Positions 10,476 to 18,541 of a stretch of 64,000 bases of DNA are shown one piece after another. Position 1 is the stretch's first letter; each line of letters begins with the position of its first letter. Source of the stretch: Patescibacteria group bacterium. GTDB lineage: Bacteria; Patescibacteriota; Minisyncoccia; Phycocordibacterales; CAIRYW01. Both the position numbers and the translations under genes were made by a program. The DNA lies in contig JAZKAJ010000011.1 of the NCBI GenBank assembly GCA_040389185.1, positions 1,033-65,032 on the forward strand. Reading direction: 5' to 3'. The notes under the pieces are model-generated. The model was not told where the DNA came from and did no database searches. It was given only the letters and a program-made list of their open reading frames with translations.

Positions 10476-11066
10476 GTGATCACTATGTCGCTCGATATTA
10501 TTTTAGTTTTGGTCTCGGTATGTCTCTCGTTGTTTGGGAGCTATAGGTATATTTACGATACGATTAAAGGAACAACAAGACCGAATAGGGTTTCTCAGAG
10601 TCTTTGGGCAGTCGCACCACTTATTGGTGTTGGTGCCGCAATATCTTCCGGGGCAGGAGTTTTGACTACTGTGAGGACTTTTATGTCGGGCTTTATTCCA
10701 CTTGTCATATTTATTGTTTCATTCGTAAATAAAACAGGGTATTGGAAGACAACAAAATCTGATTATTTTTGTGGAATATTTTCTTTGGTTGCACTGGTAT
10801 TGTGGCTTTTGATTGATATGCCTGTATATGCAGTTTTATTTGCTGCGCTCGCTGATATGTTTGCAGCAATTCCAACAATCAAAAAATCCTGGACCAATCC
10901 AGAAAGTGAAACAGGCGCGGCTTATGTTATGAGTTTATTAAGTGTGATAGTTATTTTACCTACAATAAAAGTGTTTGATATTCAAAATACAGTTTTCCAA
11001 ATTTATTTGTTGTTTATAGATATTGTATTAATATTTTGTATTTATAGGAGGAGGATTTTTAGATAA
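10476..11066 (+). CDS. hypothetical polytopic membrane protein
   Basis: 196-aa hydrophobic ORF; stop at 11064-11066. Confidence 0.4.
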   Translation: MITMSLDIILVLVSVCLSLFGSYRYIYDTIKGTTRPNRVSQSLWAVAPLIGVGAAISSGAGVLTTVRTFMSGFIPLVIFIVSFVNKTGYWKTTKSDYFCGIFSLVALVLWLLIDMPVYAVLFAALADMFAAIPTIKKSWTNPESETGAAYVMSLLSVIVILPTIKVFDIQNTVFQIYLLFIDIVLIFCIYRRRIFR

Positions 11067-11069
11067 ACA

Positions 11070-11264
11070 TCATCCAGTTGGACCGCGAGTACGCTTATCG
11101 AACCTTACAGGTTCAGTACACCTTTTGGTGATTTTGTTTCGTTCCTCACAAAATCAGCTCAAAAGGTTTTCGATTCCAACACGCAAGTGCCCCACACTTG
11201 CTTGGACGCACAAAAATACAAAAACCTCAGACGTTGGACGTCTGAGGTTTTTGTATTTTTGTGC
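11070..11264 (+). repeat. tRNA 3'-half mimic structured element, type-2 copy D (partner tRNA-Lys), ending in a 26-bp perfect hairpin/terminator
   Basis: The conserved block gttggaccgcgagtacgcttatcgaaccttacaggttcagtacaccttttgg is shared with 52770-52823 in the opposite orientation. ggttttcgattccaac matches the tRNA-Lys T-arm and ttggacgcac matches the tRNA-Lys acceptor 3' strand. The hairpin gcacaaaaatacaaaaacctcagacg/cgtctgaggtttttgtatttttgtgc spans 11208-11264. Confidence 0.6.
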
Positions 11265-11388
11265 CCCAACTCAGTCTCGGAATATAGGTAATGAGACCAT
11301 GTAAGGGTTCTTTGAGTGATTTCGATATAGAAAATTTAACCCAGTCGGTCGGGGTTTTGTTTTTTCAAAATGAGACAAATGAGACAGT

Positions 11389-12183
11389 TCAAGACTTTTT
11401 CTTGCGTTTCATTTTCACACGTTTTTTTGCTTCCCTGCGAGCATATCGGTTTTCCAATCTCTTCTTCTCCTCAGCTTCACGCTCTGCCATTTCCTCAGGT
11501 GACACAACTCTCATGTGTTCCATGATTCGATATCCTTTAAGATGTTCGAATGGATCAACAAATCTGTACCAAGGTTCAGAATGATACCAAGTTTCTCCAT
11601 TCCTATCTTCTTTTACCATATACGATTTCACCATTTTCCTTTGCGGTAAGAAATCTTTGTTATCTTTTATTAAAAAGATATGGCAATGAACTCGGCTACC
11701 ATCCATAACCGTTCTTGGTTTGATGATTCCTGCTTCGATCCATTCTTTTAGTTTCTTTTTGTTCACATTAAAATCACTTTCCATGTCATATTCTGAATAC
11801 CGATTGTCTCTATTCTTTGCAATGGAAGGAAGGATTTCTTTTCTATTTATTGCTTTCTGGCATATAGAACATTTGATTCCATATTGGTCATACCAGTTTT
11901 CATTTTCCTGAGTTGAGTTACCGCAGATTGCACAACTGTATCCTCGACTTTCTAATATATACCCTTTAGGAAATTCTCTAAGTTTGTTTTTTCTTCTTCG
12001 ATCTTCTAGTGCAAATTCATAAATTAAGTTTGCATACCTTCCAAGATTAGCAAAAGCTTCCTCAGCTTCATCCCAAGTAACTTCTTTGCCACCTTCTCTC
12101 TCCATAATATTCTTCATCTCCTGAACATGTTCTTCGTGAGACTTACTCATATTATAATTATAACTCCATAATATTTTTTTCAT
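11389..12183 (-). CDS. hypothetical zinc-finger protein with lysine/arginine-rich C-terminal tail
   Basis: 264 aa; CxxC...CxxC (CAICGNS...CSICQK); C-terminus EKKRLENRYARREAKKRVKMKRKKKS. TGAGACAG motifs lie at both ends of the gene. Confidence 0.45.
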   Translation of the reverse strand: MKKILWSYNYNMSKSHEEHVQEMKNIMEREGGKEVTWDEAEEAFANLGRYANLIYEFALEDRRRKNKLREFPKGYILESRGYSCAICGNSTQENENWYDQYGIKCSICQKAINRKEILPSIAKNRDNRYSEYDMESDFNVNKKKLKEWIEAGIIKPRTVMDGSRVHCHIFLIKDNKDFLPQRKMVKSYMVKEDRNGETWYHSEPWYRFVDPFEHLKGYRIMEHMRVVSPEEMAEREAEEKKRLENRYARREAKKRVKMKRKKKS

Positions 12184-12344
12184 AAATGAGACAGTCTATG
12201 TGAGTAGTTTAAATCTGAGCTCGTAAAAATCATCTTATTTCATAAGATGATTTAATTGAATTGAACCTATAAATAAAAAATAATTTTACTTAGTTTGACT
12301 TTGATGTCGGAACAGCTAGTATTACCCCGGAAGCGCTCGAGTGA

Positions 12345-13721
12345 GTGCTAAACTCGCTCCTTGAGAGCAAAACAAACAGAAACACGACTATGATATCTAA
12401 CCTTAGAGGTCAGTCAAAACTGCGTTGCATGCAATGTGGGGCAGTTGTGCCCTTGTATGGAACAGTGCAGTTCACCTGCGGAAAATGCGGTGGATTGTAT
12501 GATGTCGAACATGAGTTCGGTCACATCACAAAAGGAGGACCCGATTATTGGAAAACAATCTTCGACGTTCGCACAAAACCATCGGGCAACGTCCTGTATT
12601 CCTCTGGGGTGTGGCGGTTCCATGAACTCATCATGCCCTCTCTCGATCCACAGGAAATTGTGTCGCTTGGCGAAGGTGTGTTCCAGATACTTTCTGCGGG
12701 CAAAAAGGTTCGTGACTGGGTCGGTGGCAACACCGATTTGTGGATCGTTCCTGAAGGTCTCACTCAAACTGGTTCCTTCAAGGATCACGGTGGCACAGTT
12801 GCCATGAGTGTTGCGAAAGCAATGGGCATCAAAACCATAGCTTGTGCATCCACTGGCGACACATCCGCAATGGCAGCCGCATACGCCGCCGCAGCAGGAT
12901 TGAAGTGTGTTGTTGTCTTGCCTGCGGGTAAGGTCACCAATGTGCAACTCGCTCAACCTGTCGCTCATGGTGCACGAATCATTACGATCCCCGGATCGTT
13001 TGATGACTGCATGCGCGTCGTTCGGGAACTCTGCGAAGCAGGCAGGGTTTTTCCAATCAACAGCATCAATCCGACGCGAATCGAAGGTCATCAAGCAACC
13101 GTCTTCCTTATGGCACAGTTCCTCCAATGGCAACTACCTGATGTGTTTGTGGTTCCTGTCGGTAACGGCAGCAACTCCTCATCCATCGGCAAAGCCATCC
13201 GTCTCCTCAAACAACTCGGTCTCGTCGCAGACAAGGAATGCAAGATTATCGGTGTCCAATCCGACTCTGCAAATCCGTTGGCGACAAGTTGGGAAAGTGT
13301 TCAAAGACTGGGACGGGTTGATATTGAGAAATGGCGCTCGGTCTATCAGCCGCGGAAAGACCTCGGAGAAACAGCTGCTACAGCGGCACGGATCGGAAAT
13401 CCGGTTTCTTGGGCCAAAGTCATGCGCGAAATCTGTGCCTCCGATGGTGCGGTGCTTACAGTGACTGAAGCTGAGCTTCTCGAAGCAACCCGAACACTCG
13501 GATCTTCTGGATTCTCTGGCTGTCCGCAAACTGGGACAGCTCTCGCGGGTCTCCGGCAAGCGATTGCTCGTGGATTCGTTAAACCAGGTGCGACGGTGTC
13601 GTTGGTGTCAACGGCAACCTCACTTAAGTTCCCTGATGTGGCGATGGAGTTTGGGGGTGACTTGATCACAAGTGCAGGGTCTTGCGACACTGAGGATATC
13701 GCGAGTATCATGGGAATCTGA
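12345..13721 (+). CDS. thrC: threonine synthase-like PLP enzyme with N-terminal zinc ribbon; markedly higher GC than surrounding DNA
   Basis: Zn ribbon CMQCG...CGKCG, PLP-lysine motif TGSFKDHGGT, glycine-rich loop VPVGNGSN. Local GC is visibly about 50-55% against roughly 35-40% elsewhere, and several long ORFs on other frames overlap it, as expected for high GC. The start may be the internal ATG at 12390. Confidence 0.7.
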   Translation: MLNSLLESKTNRNTTMISNLRGQSKLRCMQCGAVVPLYGTVQFTCGKCGGLYDVEHEFGHITKGGPDYWKTIFDVRTKPSGNVLYSSGVWRFHELIMPSLDPQEIVSLGEGVFQILSAGKKVRDWVGGNTDLWIVPEGLTQTGSFKDHGGTVAMSVAKAMGIKTIACASTGDTSAMAAAYAAAAGLKCVVVLPAGKVTNVQLAQPVAHGARIITIPGSFDDCMRVVRELCEAGRVFPINSINPTRIEGHQATVFLMAQFLQWQLPDVFVVPVGNGSNSSSIGKAIRLLKQLGLVADKECKIIGVQSDSANPLATSWESVQRLGRVDIEKWRSVYQPRKDLGETAATAARIGNPVSWAKVMREICASDGAVLTVTEAELLEATRTLGSSGFSGCPQTGTALAGLRQAIARGFVKPGATVSLVSTATSLKFPDVAMEFGGDLITSAGSCDTEDIASIMGI

Positions 13722-13742
13722 TGGAGTGCTCTGACGACAATG

Positions 13743-13777
13743 GGGAGGTGGTGCTTACGGGCCCACCTCCTTTTTTA
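13743..13777 (+). terminator. intrinsic terminator
   Basis: ggaggtgg-tgcttacgggc-ccacctcc followed by TTTTTT directly after the thrC-like stop. Confidence 0.6.
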
Positions 13778-14125
13778 TTTAAATTCCTTATCCGCAGTTC
13801 TAAACATAATAACCATCATTATAATAAATGCTACACCGATAGATATTGCAATTCCTTTTTCTGTAGAAGTTGAGACATCAAGTGCAAATTGAAATATAGC
13901 TATAATCATTTGAACGATAGCAAAGAATGCAATGACTTTTGAAAATTTTTTGTTTGATGCATCTAAATCAACCATTGTTTTGTTTGTCCTCAGTGTTGCC
14001 TTTATCTGAAGCTCATTCATCTTCATTTGTTGTTTAGAAAAAGCAATCCCTGTAGAAATTTCTCCAATAGAATCGAGTGCGTCTAATATATCTTTATCTT
14101 CGGGTAAATATTGTTCTTTTTTCAT
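13775..14125 (-). CDS. hypothetical small membrane protein
   Basis: 116-aa ORF with two C-terminal TM helices. Confidence 0.35.
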   Translation of the reverse strand: MKKEQYLPEDKDILDALDSIGEISTGIAFSKQQMKMNELQIKATLRTNKTMVDLDASNKKFSKVIAFFAIVQMIIAIFQFALDVSTSTEKGIAISIGVAFIIMMVIMFRTADKEFK

Positions 14126-14373
14126 AAATTATATTGTAACATTTTGAGCTTTTATGGAAAATTTCAATTTACTTTTTTCTGTCCATAAATACCCTTATTT
14201 CCCAACACATTTTCGTGTGGATAAATTTACGAGATTCCCACAAAACGCATTTTGAATATATTAGAATGATGTTAAGGAAGAGGAGTTGTGAAATTACAAG
14301 AGTGTTAGTTTAAAGAACATTCCTGTAACTTTAGAAGCCTTCCTACAAATTAATAGTTAGTAAAAATAAAAGA

Positions 14374-15720
14374 ATGAAAAAACTTGATGAAAAGTTGGTT
14401 GTTAAGTATGTCCAAATTTCTGAGATTAAGCCCTCAGAATATAATCCACGAAAGTGGGATGCGGAACAGAAGGAATCGCTTAAGCAAAGTCTTACTCAAT
14501 TCGGTATAGTTGATCCACTGGTTTGTAATAGTGCAGAAGGGAGAATGAATATTCTCCTTGGTGGTCACTTCAGATTGGAAGTGTTGAAGGAACTTGAATA
14601 TAAAGAAGTTCCAGTGGTTTACATCAATATCTCAGATATTGAAAAAGAGAAGGAACTCAATATCAGATTAAACAAGAATACGGGAGAATTCGATTTAGAT
14701 CTGTTGGCAGAATTTGATGAGGCACTCCTTTCTAATATTGGATTTGATTCAGAAGAACTCGATACCATCTTCAACAATGATGAGGACGAAGAGGAACAAT
14801 TTGATCTCAAGAAAGAACTAGAGAAACTTAATATCAATGAAATCAAAGTAAAGAAGGGTGACGTATATGAACTCGATGGATCAAGACTTATGTGTGGCGA
14901 CAGCACGATTGAAGAAGATATGCTTTCCCTTATGGGTGAGCATAAGGCAGACATGGTAATGACTGATCCGCCATATATTCTTGATTACCTGCATGGTAAG
15001 ACAAGGCACGGAGAAGCAACAGAAGGGTTTGGATCAAAGAAAAACAGAAGATATCTTGAGACAGATGTTTTGCCTGATAACTTCACAGAACTTTGGATGG
15101 GAAATATACAAAAAATACAGAAAGAAAACTTTCATATTGTTTGCTACGAGAACTGGAAGAATATTCGTACTATCTGGAACGAGATGGAGAAGCATTGGAA
15201 AGTCCGCAATATGATTGTCTGGCATCTTCCTAATCGTGTACAGGGATATTCAGGAAAGTACAAACTCTTTAACAAGTACGATATTGCCATGGTTGGTACG
15301 ACTGAAGACGAAGTGAATCTCAACACTGAAAAGGAGGATGAGATTGTTGATAACGAGTATGAGACAGCACTCTATGCAACATCAGGATCACCACATTGGG
15401 AAAGTTACGGAGCTGGTAAGAAGATTTGTCCAACTGATTTTATTGAGTTTAAAGCCGCGGATGAGAAATCTTCAGGACAAGGAATCATCTTCGGTACAAA
15501 ACCGCTTGAGATCCTTATGCCTTACATAAAGATACTAACAGAGAGGGATGATCTTGTAGTAGAGCCTTTTGGTGGAAGTGGGTCGACATTAATAGCATCC
15601 ATCAAAATGAAAAGAAGATGCTTTCTTATGGAGAAATCTCCAGTCTATGTTGAGGTAATCCTTCGAAGATGGAGAATACAGACTGGTAAGGAGCCGGTAA
15701 AAATTTATGAGAGAGCATAA
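14374..15720 (+). CDS. ParB-like nuclease domain fused to a beta-class N6-adenine/N4-cytosine DNA methyltransferase
   Basis: The N-terminal ParB/Srx-like region (VQISEIKPSEYNPRKWD...GGHFRLEVL) precedes catalytic motif IV DPPY, which in turn precedes SAM motif I FGGSGST. That order (IV before I) marks the beta class. Such fusions are typical of phage or island orphan methyltransferases. Confidence 0.8.
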   Translation: MKKLDEKLVVKYVQISEIKPSEYNPRKWDAEQKESLKQSLTQFGIVDPLVCNSAEGRMNILLGGHFRLEVLKELEYKEVPVVYINISDIEKEKELNIRLNKNTGEFDLDLLAEFDEALLSNIGFDSEELDTIFNNDEDEEEQFDLKKELEKLNINEIKVKKGDVYELDGSRLMCGDSTIEEDMLSLMGEHKADMVMTDPPYILDYLHGKTRHGEATEGFGSKKNRRYLETDVLPDNFTELWMGNIQKIQKENFHIVCYENWKNIRTIWNEMEKHWKVRNMIVWHLPNRVQGYSGKYKLFNKYDIAMVGTTEDEVNLNTEKEDEIVDNEYETALYATSGSPHWESYGAGKKICPTDFIEFKAADEKSSGQGIIFGTKPLEILMPYIKILTERDDLVVEPFGGSGSTLIASIKMKRRCFLMEKSPVYVEVILRRWRIQTGKEPVKIYERA

Positions 15721-16096
15721 AGAAGATAAGATAAGATTTCTTGAGGAACTGCAGAAGATAGGAAATGTATGGACTGCGTGTGGAAGAATTAAGATTCCAA
15801 GATCGACAATATATCGTTGGTTAAAGACTGATCCAGAATTTAATGAATTGGCCCGAAAAGCAATGAAAATCGGTCGAATCAGCCTAAGTGAAATGACAGA
15901 GGGTGTAGTAATTAAGAAAGCTATTGTAGAAAAAGATTTGAAAGCTTCAATGTATATTCTGAGCCACAATCATCCTAGGTATATAAAACGAGAGCCACTG
16001 CCACCTAAAGATGAAAATCAGGCAATGAATTTGGCTGATCTAATTAAGAAGAGTATAAAAAAGGATGGAACGAATGAGGATTCTTTCGGACTGTGA
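15707..16096 (+). CDS. HTH-domain protein (phage terminase small-subunit-like or regulator)
   Basis: 129 aa; helix-turn-helix IPRSTIYRWLKTDPEF; overlaps the methyltransferase stop by 14 nt (translational coupling). Confidence 0.35.
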   Translation: MREHKEDKIRFLEELQKIGNVWTACGRIKIPRSTIYRWLKTDPEFNELARKAMKIGRISLSEMTEGVVIKKAIVEKDLKASMYILSHNHPRYIKREPLPPKDENQAMNLADLIKKSIKKDGTNEDSFGL

Positions 16097-16158
16097 TTAA
16101 TTACAGATCTTTATTTAAAAGAACCAGTAGTTCATACTACTGGTTCTTTTAAATAAAT

Positions 16159-16806
16159 TTACTTCACTATCGAACATCCATTCACAAGCACATTACCAAG
16201 CTTTCCAGAGAGCTCACCTTTAAGAGTTAATCGATCTCCCTTGGATACTGTTGCCAATTGAGTCTCATCAGCTTTTGAGAACATACACTGAACATTCTCA
16301 AAAGAATACTGGCTTCCGTCGGTAAGTGAAATGTATGGAGTATCAACAATGTCTTTGCCAATGGTATCAACAAGGCCTGACACTTCGACAATATTGTTCT
16401 TGTACTTTGCATCAGCAGAAACTTCATTTGCTTTGTAGTCAGCAAGAAGTTTTGTTGCTGTTACTTTGATTGCTGGTTGTTCTGGTACTGGCACAGACAC
16501 ACTTTTATCTGTTACTACTGACGGCATAACATTACTTGATGAAGTTGTACCTATTATCACAAAGAGTACTAAGACAAGAAAGACTTTCAATCCTCGAGAA
16601 AGATTGATATGTAATTTCTCCTTTATTAATTTGTTACTCGGTGGCAATACAATGATTGCGATAAGGAGAAACAAAATTCCTGAGAGAGGCTTAGTAAAAA
16701 TTGTACTTACTGCTGTAAGTAACATGACTACACCAAATACCCAAGAGAATACAGAACCTAGAGTTATGTTTTTAGTCTTAACTGAAGACTGGTTGTTGTT
16801 TTCCAT
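16159..16806 (-). CDS. membrane-anchored OB-fold protein (tRNA_anti-like / BOF-type domain)
   Basis: 215 aa; N-terminal TM, then YKANEVSADAKYKNNIVEVSGLVD...GDRLTLKGELSG typical of OB-fold anticodon-binding-like domains. Confidence 0.4.
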   Translation of the reverse strand: MENNNQSSVKTKNITLGSVFSWVFGVVMLLTAVSTIFTKPLSGILFLLIAIIVLPPSNKLIKEKLHINLSRGLKVFLVLVLFVIIGTTSSSNVMPSVVTDKSVSVPVPEQPAIKVTATKLLADYKANEVSADAKYKNNIVEVSGLVDTIGKDIVDTPYISLTDGSQYSFENVQCMFSKADETQLATVSKGDRLTLKGELSGKLGNVLVNGCSIVK

Positions 16807-17070
16807 TGTAGCGAGTTTTTATAACATGACAGGTAGACAAAAAGCCCTCCGCCATGGCGATGGTCCGAAGACCACCCACATCCGTTTCCAGATATGACTC
16901 GCTACAAGTACCCTGACGAAGGGTTTTTTATCTTGTAGCGAGCTTTTCGACCATATCCTTTAAAACTTTTAAGGGTTTCAAAGGGGTTAGGTCTCTTATT
17001 AAGTTGTACTAAACAATAATACCAAGATTATAGGTATTAGTCAGTACCTTAGCTCGGATTAGGAATTTTA

Positions 17071-17091
17071 GGTAATCGAGTTACCAACAGC
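17071..17091. promoter_or_regulatory. candidate recombinase half-site GGTAA-tcgag-TTACCAACAG (shares an 11-mer with 18505-18515)
   Basis: gttaccaacag at 17080-17090 is identical to 18505-18515; small inverted repeat ggtaa/ttacc. Confidence 0.3.
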
Positions 17092-17478
17092 TTAGAATTG
17101 TGCTTTTTGACCCCAATTACCATCATCCCAGGCGGGTTTATCCGTTCCTGTGATATGAAATTCTCCATCATCCATCATTTCGCCGTAATAGACAGTGCCT
17201 GGTAGCCAGGCGGTTTCTCCAAGAAATTCTGATATAGCTTCTCCAGACTTCTGATAAACATAATTTATAATATTGTCTCCAGAATAATCACGAACATGAG
17301 TGTAAGGCATTACAGGGTTTGGAATTCCCATAAGAAAAAGGGTTGTCTTTTCTTTACCTGTCACTTCTTTTAATTCTGATCGTAGAAGAAACCGCAATCC
17401 TGTTCCAAGATACTCACCAGTACTCAACATATAACTTTTACTTGCAGTTTTAATTTCTGTTTCTTTATTCTCACTCAT
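17092..17478 (-). CDS. hypothetical protein
   Basis: 128-aa ORF; no recognisable motif. Confidence 0.35.
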   Translation of the reverse strand: MSENKETEIKTASKSYMLSTGEYLGTGLRFLLRSELKEVTGKEKTTLFLMGIPNPVMPYTHVRDYSGDNIINYVYQKSGEAISEFLGETAWLPGTVYYGEMMDDGEFHITGTDKPAWDDGNWGQKAQF

Positions 17479-17516
17479 TGTTTAATGATATTTAATATCG
17501 GTTAAATTGATAATGG

Positions 17517-17894
17517 TTATTTTTTAAGCTTCAATATCTGTGCCCAGCCTTTCTCATGAATGTCCTTTGCAAGAATAACTAATCGTCCCGCAAAAAAAGC
17601 AACACCCATACCCAAGACAGATAAACAAAGACCCGAAGCGAATGGATTTGTAAGTAAATTTGATAGACGTGGGTCAAGTTTTTCTAATCCACCATAAGCA
17701 GCAATCAGGGCGATTCCCCAGAATGCACTAAATCCTATATATTCGAATTCACTAAGTTTTTTATCCAAGTTTACTGTTTTCCTGTAAGACCACACAGTTA
17801 TAAAACCTGTGAAGATAATATAGAAGTAAACATATGCGTCATCTGTTGGATTCATATTTTTTAATTTTCTAATAATTATGACCCGTTCCTCCAA
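17517..17894 (-). CDS. hypothetical membrane protein
   Basis: 125 aa, three hydrophobic helices. Confidence 0.35.
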   Translation of the reverse strand: MEERVIIIRKLKNMNPTDDAYVYFYIIFTGFITVWSYRKTVNLDKKLSEFEYIGFSAFWGIALIAAYGGLEKLDPRLSNLLTNPFASGLCLSVLGMGVAFFAGRLVILAKDIHEKGWAQILKLKK

Positions 17895-17918
17895 ATTAAG
17901 GAGGAACGGGTTCTGTCA

Positions 17919-18203
17919 CTATCTCGCTGGAACTAAATCACCACACCAAGCTGTATATTGTAAGACAAGAATATTTGATGTCTTACCTGTACTGTTGGAT
18001 GACGTCTTTGCAAGAATGTGGACCTGCTGACAAGTTGCTGTAGTGTTTAGGGTGTATTCGGCAGTCGGAAGACTGTATCGAGCACCGTTACCTGCAGTGA
18101 TTGTCTTAACGAATCCTGCACGCTGCATTGCAGTATGAAGGATGTTATAATCGTTAGGATAGATAGCGTTGTGCAATTCTACTCTGATAAAGTATGAATT
18201 CAT
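17919..18203 (-). CDS. hypothetical small protein
   Basis: 94 aa (FIRVELHNAIYPNDYNILHTAMQRAGF...); first gene of a three-gene minus-strand block. Confidence 0.35.
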   Translation of the reverse strand: MNSYFIRVELHNAIYPNDYNILHTAMQRAGFVKTITAGNGARYSLPTAEYTLNTTATCQQVHILAKTSSNSTGKTSNILVLQYTAWCGDLVPAR

Positions 18204-18241
18204 TTTGTTTTCTAAGATTGGTTAATAAAATCGACCGTTAA

Positions 18242-18275
18242 CAAAAAGCGATGACCCCTCGGTCATCGCTTTTTG
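18242..18275. terminator. bidirectional intrinsic terminator
   Basis: aagcgatgacc-cctc-ggtcatcgctt flanked by AAAAA and TTTTT. Confidence 0.55.
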
Positions 18276-18483
18276 TATGGAATTTTTTTAGAGTAAATAA
18301 CTACTTATGATTCTATAATTTTAGTGATGATCGAAGGCTGTGAAGTTTGTTGTTTTGTTATGTTATGTTTTTTGCCTTCGAGATTGATGTCTCGTACGAA
18401 TATTGATCTATGTAGTTTTCAATGAACTTAACGATAATATATCACTATTTTTTATTTGCACAAACCGGGTAAAGTTTATATCC

Positions 18484-18515
18484 CTGTTGGTAAATTGGGG
18501 ATAAGTTACCAACAG
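18484..18515. promoter_or_regulatory. 32-bp imperfect palindrome CTGTTGGTAA-N12-GTTACCAACAG, candidate serine-recombinase site
   Basis: Perfect 10-bp inverted arms; lies about 30 nt upstream of the recombinase ORF; 11-mer shared with 17080-17090. Confidence 0.45.
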
Positions 18516-18541
18516 TCCAACCTGGACTCTCAAGAGGGGTT

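Noticed and set aside
11078-11108. Reading 11078-11108 (TCCAGTTGGA...ATCGAACC) purely as an attL duplicate of the tRNA-Lys 3' end
   Set aside because: The match is split by a 14-nt insert, and the same block occurs almost identically at the tRNA-Arg-UCU locus (52795-52823), where it cannot derive from tRNA-Lys. It is therefore treated as part of the type-2 repeat core, though a role as an island boundary is not excluded.
11291-11584. 97-aa + ORF spanning the end of element D and the 3' end of the Zn-finger gene
   Set aside because: It overlaps the convincing minus-strand gene and the hairpin region; it has no motif.
12414-13711. Multiple long ORFs on other frames and strands overlapping the thrC-like gene (12414-13133, 12436-12807, 12907-13464, 13179-13559, 13346-13711)
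   Set aside because: They are artefacts of high GC content (few stop codons). Only the thrC frame carries recognisable PLP-enzyme motifs.
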